Positions 59,066 through 64,000 of a stretch of 64,000 bases of DNA are shown here, one piece after another (position 1 is the first letter of the stretch; each line of letters opens with the position of its first letter). The notes below the pieces were generated by a model, which was given only the letters and a program-made list of their open reading frames with translations, did no database searches and was not told where the DNA came from. A program made the translations under genes and the position numbers. This DNA is from a virus (taxonomy: Duplodnaviria > Caudoviricetes): IMG/VR virus record IMGVR_UViG_3300035428_000399, positions 25,124 to 89,123 of that record; one strand, 5' to 3'.

Positions 59066-59425
59066 ATGGGTGAAATAGCAGAAATGATGCTCGACGGGAC
59101 TCTCGATTCAGTAACCGGCGAGTACCTCGGTGACCCATGTGGTTATCCGAGGAGTATGACTGACGGCACATATTGGCCGGACAGAGATAATCTCAGACGG
59201 CGTTCCCGCCAATCAATCAACTCTCTATGCAGTCGCATAGGAGTGACAGATAAGAAGAGTCAGCAGGAACTTGTGAGTGCTTTCCTTCAGTGTATGAGGC
59301 TTGCACGTCTTCCCAAGATGCAGGCTCAAATCGAAATGGTATTTCTCCACCATAAAAATGATTTCAAGATCTTCCTAAGCGAGATTGAGAAAGAAATTAT
59401 CAACACTCCAGAAAAAGACGAATAA
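59066..59425 (+). CDS. Hypothetical protein
   Basis: MGEIAEMMLDG N-terminal motif. Confidence 0.6.
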   Translation: MGEIAEMMLDGTLDSVTGEYLGDPCGYPRSMTDGTYWPDRDNLRRRSRQSINSLCSRIGVTDKKSQQELVSAFLQCMRLARLPKMQAQIEMVFLHHKNDFKIFLSEIEKEIINTPEKDE

Positions 59426-59428
59426 ACC

Positions 59429-59758
59429 ATGACAGCATCAGCAATCAAATTCGTTCCATGGGACACCAAACCTCTCGAATCCCTCAAGGACAGCATTGCG
59501 TTCAAGATGAGAAGCCTCATCAATTCAGGCGCAAAACTCAACCGGGCGCAGAAGAATTGGATTACAAATCGCGTGAATAGTAATACTTATTTCAACAATG
59601 CCATACCCGTGCAGGGCTGGGCGTTTACATTCTCCGACGTCCTCAAGAAATTCGTGGTAAAGCAATGCGGTCAATGCGCAGAGTATTACGCCGTCGATAA
59701 AACTTCGTTGCGGGAATACCTCGGCTCCGGAATAGAGTATATTGTTGAAGTGAAATGA
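59429..59758 (+). CDS. Hypothetical protein
   Basis: 109-aa coupled ORF. Confidence 0.6.
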   Translation: MTASAIKFVPWDTKPLESLKDSIAFKMRSLINSGAKLNRAQKNWITNRVNSNTYFNNAIPVQGWAFTFSDVLKKFVVKQCGQCAEYYAVDKTSLREYLGSGIEYIVEVK

Positions 59759-60762
59759 GAATGTATAAACACGAAAAGGTAAGCATCATCCGTGAAACGG
59801 GGGAGAGAGTGGATGCTGTCGCTCCCATTGTCATATCTGCGAGTCGGAGTACGGACATACCGGCATTTCATTTAGATTGGTTTTTCAACCGCCTCAAGAG
59901 AGGATATTGCTCGTGGGTTAATCCGTTCAATCAAAAGGCGTCTTATGTCTCATTCCAAAATACAAGAGTGGTAGTGTTCTGGTCTAAAAATCCCGTAGCA
60001 CTCATAGACCGATTGAAGGAACTATCCAGCCGCAATATAAACTGCTATATCCAGTTTACTCTCAACGATTATGCGGCCGAAGGGTTTGAACCCAATATCC
60101 CTGAGCTAACTAAGCGAATAGATACATTCAAACGCCTCGTTGACATTTTAGGTGTGGGCTCCGTTATCTGGAGATACGACCCGGTCATTCTGACGGATAA
60201 TCTTCATATAGAAGACCACCTCGAAAGGATAGAGAAAATCGGTTGCGAACTCAATGGTTATTGTGAGAAACTTGTATTCAGTTTCGCAGACATCGCCGGG
60301 TATCGTAAAGTTCAGTACAATCTCATTCAAAGTGGAATAAAGTATGTCGATTTCAACCACGAAAGCATGACTAAATTTGCCGACAGTCTCACTCGACTAA
60401 ACAAGAACTTCGGTTTTGAAATCGCAACCTGCGGAGAGCAGATTGACTTGTGCAAGTTCGGCATCGAAAAGAATCGTTGCGTTGATCCCTTACTAATGGT
60501 CCGGCTATTCAAAGATGACGAAAGACTAATGTCATGGCTCGGCTATTCGGATATGTTTGGCGCCCCGGAATCCTTTCCCAAAGACCCCGGACAAAGGTCT
60601 GTATGTGGCTGTGTCCTCAGCAAGGACATCGGAGCATATAACACCTGCGGTCACGGCTGCGTATATTGCTATGCTAACGTAACACCGACATACGGCAAGC
60701 AGGGCTGTGTGCGGGCTCAAAGCGACACAAAACGCGAGTCAGTAATCTCTCAAGTAAATTGA
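59755..60762 (+). CDS. DUF1848-family Fe-S / radical-SAM-like protein
   Basis: IISASRSTDIPAF, VFWSKNP, WRYDP and SKDIGAYNTCGHGCVYCYAN (CxxxCxxC) motifs. Confidence 0.85.
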   Translation: MRMYKHEKVSIIRETGERVDAVAPIVISASRSTDIPAFHLDWFFNRLKRGYCSWVNPFNQKASYVSFQNTRVVVFWSKNPVALIDRLKELSSRNINCYIQFTLNDYAAEGFEPNIPELTKRIDTFKRLVDILGVGSVIWRYDPVILTDNLHIEDHLERIEKIGCELNGYCEKLVFSFADIAGYRKVQYNLIQSGIKYVDFNHESMTKFADSLTRLNKNFGFEIATCGEQIDLCKFGIEKNRCVDPLLMVRLFKDDERLMSWLGYSDMFGAPESFPKDPGQRSVCGCVLSKDIGAYNTCGHGCVYCYANVTPTYGKQGCVRAQSDTKRESVISQVN

Positions 60763-60763
60763 T

Positions 60764-60976
60764 ATGACAATAGAAATGACGATAGACCAGGCTCAAATCG
60801 TATTCAGCACCCTGGCCGATGAGATATACCGTATCTCGACGTGTATTGCACCTGAGAACCGCAAACAAAGTCGGATAGACACCATCAACGAATTACGGAA
60901 GCGCATCGGCGTTCAACTGATGAAAGCCGGGGCAATAGATGCCGAGTATTATAAGGCGGTTTGTGGCAGTCTGTAA
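60764..60976 (+). CDS. Hypothetical protein
   Basis: 70-aa co-oriented ORF. Confidence 0.55.
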   Translation: MTIEMTIDQAQIVFSTLADEIYRISTCIAPENRKQSRIDTINELRKRIGVQLMKAGAIDAEYYKAVCGSL

Positions 60977-61019
60977 AGAGCGTTAAATCGTGAATATGAT
61001 TAGCCCAACCGCCAAAAAA

Positions 61020-61112
61020 TTGCGTATATGATTAAAATAATCGCCCTAAAACTTGCGGAATTGATTATTTATGACTAACTTTGCAAGTGCAAATAAGATA
61101 CTTCTAATCAAA
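61020..61112 (+). promoter_or_regulatory. Repeated phage promoter module, copy h
   Basis: TTGCGTATATGATTA (61020) and TTGCGGAATTGATTA (61053); -7 TAACTTTG 61076-61083. Confidence 0.85.
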
Positions 61113-61125
61113 CAATCTCAAACAA

Positions 61126-61722
61126 ATGGAAGCAATCCAATTCAACAAAGAGACGTTGGTAGCCGTCTACGGCAACTGCAACGCCGTCGGCCGCAAGGCC
61201 ATCAAGGAACAGCTCGGAGAAAGACTTTCCGAAATCCTCCCCGTAACAGACCGTGTAAAAACCTTCAATGATGCGGTCGAGGAACTCGGCGAAGAACACG
61301 AAGCTGTAAAAGCCTACCGTGCCGTGGAGTGGTATCTCCGTAACCAAATGTCCGACATCAAGGCATACCTCCATCTACGCATCATCACCGCCGCCCTCAA
61401 TGAGGGATGGGAGCCCCAGTTTGTCGAGGGCGAGCGCCGCTGGTACGGGTGGTACGACCTCATCAGCAAGGAAGACTACGAGGCTCTTTCCGATGAAGAA
61501 AAGGGCCGGTGCGTCGGTCGGTCGTACAACAATGCGAACGCGTATGGCGGTCTCGTCTGCTCGTACGCGAATAGCGCTTCTTCGTACTCGGGCGCGAGTT
61601 TCAGCTCTCGGCTCACATTCAAAAGCGAAAAGCTGGCTGAGTATGCAGCCAAACAATTCATCGAAATTTACGCCGATCTCTGCTTCATCCCCAAAGCTCC
61701 GGACGCCAAGGAGTCGAAGTAA
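61126..61722 (+). CDS. Small protein carrying VR2 (DGR target 2)
   Basis: 198 aa, no signal peptide. DRVKTFNDA, LRIITAALNEGWEP and SRLTFKSEKLAEYAAKQF motifs flank the VR-encoded segment. Confidence 0.9.
   Translation: MEAIQFNKETLVAVYGNCNAVGRKAIKEQLGERLSEILPVTDRVKTFNDAVEELGEEHEAVKAYRAVEWYLRNQMSDIKAYLHLRIITAALNEGWEPQFVEGERRWYGWYDLISKEDYEALSDEEKGRCVGRSYNNANAYGGLVCSYANSASSYSGASFSSRLTFKSEKLAEYAAKQFIEIYADLCFIPKAPDAKESK
61504..61620 (+). repeat. DGR variable repeat VR2
   Basis: 117-nt ungapped match to TR with 14 mismatches, all at TR adenines. Confidence 0.97.
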
Positions 61723-61737
61723 CCGAAGTATTTCCTC

Positions 61738-61771
61738 CGTGGAGGCTCGATCGTGTAGACGAGCCTCCACG
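61738..61771 (+). other. Perfect 12-bp hairpin downstream of VR2 (candidate DGR target-recognition element)
   Basis: CGTGGAGGCTCG-ATCGTGTAGA-CGAGCCTCCACG, no T tract. Confidence 0.6.
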
Positions 61772-61784
61772 AAATGCCAAAGAT

Positions 61785-62276
61785 ATGAGCGTAAATTCAA
61801 AATTAGACCGGCTCCGTGAACGCCGCGACCAACTCAAGGCCAAAATGTCGAAACAAATCCAAAACGGACAGTTGCTGCAAGTCAGTGACACCGCCCGCAG
61901 AATAAAAGACGTCGAGGCTGCGATAGAAGAAGCCGAGAGTTACCTTCCGAAGAAGCTCTCAGAACTATTCGATCAAAAGACACTCCGTGAATCCGGCATC
62001 AACGTCGCAATCGTGAAGGTTCATTTGGCTGCTGATTTTCTTGCCGATTGTGCCTACGAGTTGAGAGATAAATTCACTGCTCTCGGAGTGGAAGAAAATC
62101 ACCTTCTTCCTTTGCTCGATGACATCAAGAAGAAAGCGCAGGACTTCGCCAGCATTGTCTGCCATCCGGAGTTCGCCGGACTATCGGACTTTATGGTAAC
62201 GAACGAAGAATTTATCGATGATATGCACGGGATAACTCAGAAATACATCGACGACCATCTGACTATTACCGACTGA
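61785..62276 (+). CDS. Hypothetical coiled-coil protein
   Basis: 163-aa co-oriented ORF. Confidence 0.65.
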   Translation: MSVNSKLDRLRERRDQLKAKMSKQIQNGQLLQVSDTARRIKDVEAAIEEAESYLPKKLSELFDQKTLRESGINVAIVKVHLAADFLADCAYELRDKFTALGVEENHLLPLLDDIKKKAQDFASIVCHPEFAGLSDFMVTNEEFIDDMHGITQKYIDDHLTITD

Positions 62277-62280
62277 AAAT

Positions 62281-62505
62281 ATGAGTAATTTCTTCCAGCC
62301 ATATATTTATGGGATAATAAAAGAGGAACTCAAGCGCGTTGAGGAATCTCATAAAGCGCCTGTCGTAGCTAACCATTATGCCATAATGGAAATAGTGAAG
62401 AAAGACGTTGACGAAGCCATTCAGTCTTTGATTTCAGACGGTTTGATAACTCGAAGCATAAACATCAATCAGATTCCTCTATATGGAATCGCTGAACGCA
62501 AATAA
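62281..62505 (+). CDS. Small winged-helix-like protein
   Basis: EAIQSLISDGLITRS.NIN motif. Confidence 0.5.
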   Translation: MSNFFQPYIYGIIKEELKRVEESHKAPVVANHYAIMEIVKKDVDEAIQSLISDGLITRSININQIPLYGIAERK

Positions 62506-62516
62506 GATATTCTATC

Positions 62517-62717
62517 ATGGTAACATCAATAGAACCGAAAGTAGCACCGACCGGACGATATACCGTCAAGCAGACGTGCGAATGCCTCGGCATTCACCGC
62601 AATACGCTACGCCGGTATACCGACGAAGGACATATCAAGTGCAGTTTCCGTAGAGAAAATGCGAGAAAAATATATCTGGGAAAAGAAATCCTCCGATTTT
62701 GGAACTCCCAGCTTTAA
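62517..62717 (+). CDS. Excisionase-like HTH protein
   Basis: YTVKQTCECLGIHRNTLRRY...G.I (MerR/Xis-type HTH), next to the integrase. Confidence 0.8.
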   Translation: MVTSIEPKVAPTGRYTVKQTCECLGIHRNTLRRYTDEGHIKCSFRRENARKIYLGKEILRFWNSQL

Positions 62718-62762
62718 GATACTTCATATTTGCAATCCCAACCCGTGAGGGCGCAAGATTTA

Positions 62763-62790
62763 AGAGCCAAGAGGAAACTCATGGCTCTTT
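62763..62790. terminator. Hairpin between the convergent xis and int genes
   Basis: AAGAGCCA...TGGCTCTT stem. Confidence 0.5.
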
Positions 62791-62803
62791 CTGTACCATG
62801 ACA

Positions 62804-64000
62804 TCACTCTCCTTTAATAACCCGGTCGATCACACGTCGGTTAGCTACATCGACTTTACGCATATTGTAGTCGATATAAATGGCCGACGTTGCGTTACCA
62901 TGAGAGTGTCCGAGGCTTTTGGCTATCGTAGCGTCAGGAACGTCAAGATCCGAAGCAATCGTGGCCCAAGTATGACGCGCCCAGTACGAAGTCAACTCCT
63001 GAAGGACTATGCCATCGTCCACAGCATTGAAAGCATCTTTGATTTTCACCAATCCCTTTTGAAGACAGTTATAGAACGTCCGATAAGACTTATGAGTGTC
63101 GAGGTAATTCAGGAGATACTTTTCTCCCTTATATTTCTCAATGAGGGCCATCGCCTCCGGCTCAACTTTTATGGAGTAGAGCTTATGGGTCTTAGAGCGC
63201 CGGTATTCAAATCTTCCGTCTACCAATTCGACTGCCTGGCAAATATCCACCACGTTGGCTCCGATGAGGTAGAACGAGAGCATGAAGAAATCCCGGTACT
63301 TCTCAAGATAAGGCTCCACTTTCAAATCTTTCAGCTTGCGAAGAGCCTCTACCGGCATGGAACGCTTTCGAGTTTCCTCGTATCGCAGTTTGAACTTTCG
63401 GAATGGGTAAGCAGTAGTCACATCATTATCGATAGCGTAGTTGAATACCGCACGAATATTTCTAAGATTGATATTACGGGCGTTGCGAGCCGGGGAGGTC
63501 TTGGCGAGGAATGCGTCAAACTCCGCCAGCCATTCAACAGTGATGTCCTCAAATTTAAGCTGACGATATGTCTTCGGTCGGAATCTCTTGATATGATTCA
63601 GGGTTGTCTCATAAATCCCCTTGGTGCGGAGCATCTTCGTACTCGAGAACTTGACAAACCAGTTATAGAACGTTGTAGATTTGTCAGACTCTTCAGGATT
63701 CAACCGCTGAACAATGACATTCTTGATGTCGGTAACAGTACCCGCAGTTTCTTTTGCCGCAGTAAGAGTGAGAACAATCTCATCTACCTCTAGCTTTCTT
63801 TTATTTATATAGGTATTGAAAAACAGACGCTTCGGATGGGAAACCACGCATTGTTTTATAGGATTCCATTGCTCCATCAAGAGGGATATCCCAAGTGGTA
63901 TGTACGCCGTGGACCCCTTTTTGGTAATCGCTATCTTCAACGGCGCGGGTCCATTTCCTTTCACAGCTCGCCTGTCGAGGTAGATCTTTGTTGTAATCAT
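62804..64000 (-). CDS. int: Tyrosine integrase (Bacteroidetes type with N-terminal arm and SAM-like domains)
   Basis: Catalytic-region motifs RRSKT (K), YWARHTWAT (H position as Y, then R), LGHS and IY. Confidence 0.93.
   Translation of the reverse strand: MITTKIYLDRRAVKGNGPAPLKIAITKKGSTAYIPLGISLLMEQWNPIKQCVVSHPKRLFFNTYINKRKLEVDEIVLTLTAAKETAGTVTDIKNVIVQRLNPEESDKSTTFYNWFVKFSSTKMLRTKGIYETTLNHIKRFRPKTYRQLKFEDITVEWLAEFDAFLAKTSPARNARNINLRNIRAVFNYAIDNDVTTAYPFRKFKLRYEETRKRSMPVEALRKLKDLKVEPYLEKYRDFFMLSFYLIGANVVDICQAVELVDGRFEYRRSKTHKLYSIKVEPEAMALIEKYKGEKYLLNYLDTHKSYRTFYNCLQKGLVKIKDAFNAVDDGIVLQELTSYWARHTWATIASDLDVPDATIAKSLGHSHGNATSAIYIDYNMRKVDVANRRVIDRVIKGE

Larger units (their letters stand above)
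1..64000. mobile_element. Temperate tailed phage/prophage (partial; extends beyond both edges), probable Bacteroidales host
   Basis: Terminase, portal, capsid, protease, tape measure, holin/amidase, xis and tyrosine integrase are all present. Bacteroidetes-type promoters occur throughout. No host housekeeping synteny except metK, which sits among phage genes. Confidence 0.95.

Noticed and set aside
855-61112. Repeated motif as a CRISPR array or replication iterons
   Set aside because: Copies are dispersed, each overlaps a promoter directly before an ORF, and there are no spacers or cas genes.
62699-63793. 364-aa plus-strand ORF
   Set aside because: Antisense shadow of the integrase, with no motifs and no plausible start context.
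1-64000. Alternative genetic code (TAG recoding)
   Set aside because: All large genes are open in the standard code and TAG ends several plausible genes (49832, 51987, 56542). Only one in-frame TAG was found.
62718-64000. attP/attL/attR site near the integrase
   Set aside because: No duplicated core or host junction is visible inside the window.

Overview
The whole window is part of one temperate, tailed (siphovirus-like) phage or prophage. The host is inferred to be a Bacteroidales member, because the promoters match the Bacteroidetes TTTG-N20-TAnnTTTG consensus. The element runs off both edges: a methyltransferase is cut at position 1, the integrase start codon is at 64000, and no att sites are visible. 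Order: SAM methyltransferase, small terminase-like HTH protein, intein-containing SNF2 helicase, large terminase, tail genes and tape measure (0-15.6 kb); an accessory block with ParB and a 238-nt tRNA-shaped RNA (15.6-31 kb); ClpP-like protease, capsid, portal and a 2721-aa tail/adhesin protein (31-45 kb); a diversity-generating retroelement (DGR); a toxin-antitoxin pair, dUTPase, nucleosidase, metK and lysis genes (47-55 kb); more accessory genes, xis and int (55-64 kb). Strongest results, all read from the sequence: (1) one DGR template repeat with adenine-only mismatches to two variable repeats, one in the giant tail protein and one 16 kb away in a small, apparently non-structural protein; (2) an Asp1 class-3 intein; (3) a tRNA scaffold whose anticodon arm is replaced by about 185 structured nt; (4) eight promoters sharing a phased 15-bp direct repeat; (5) a structured leader with a 26/28 match just upstream of metK. 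Family and DUF names come from recalled motifs, not database searches.
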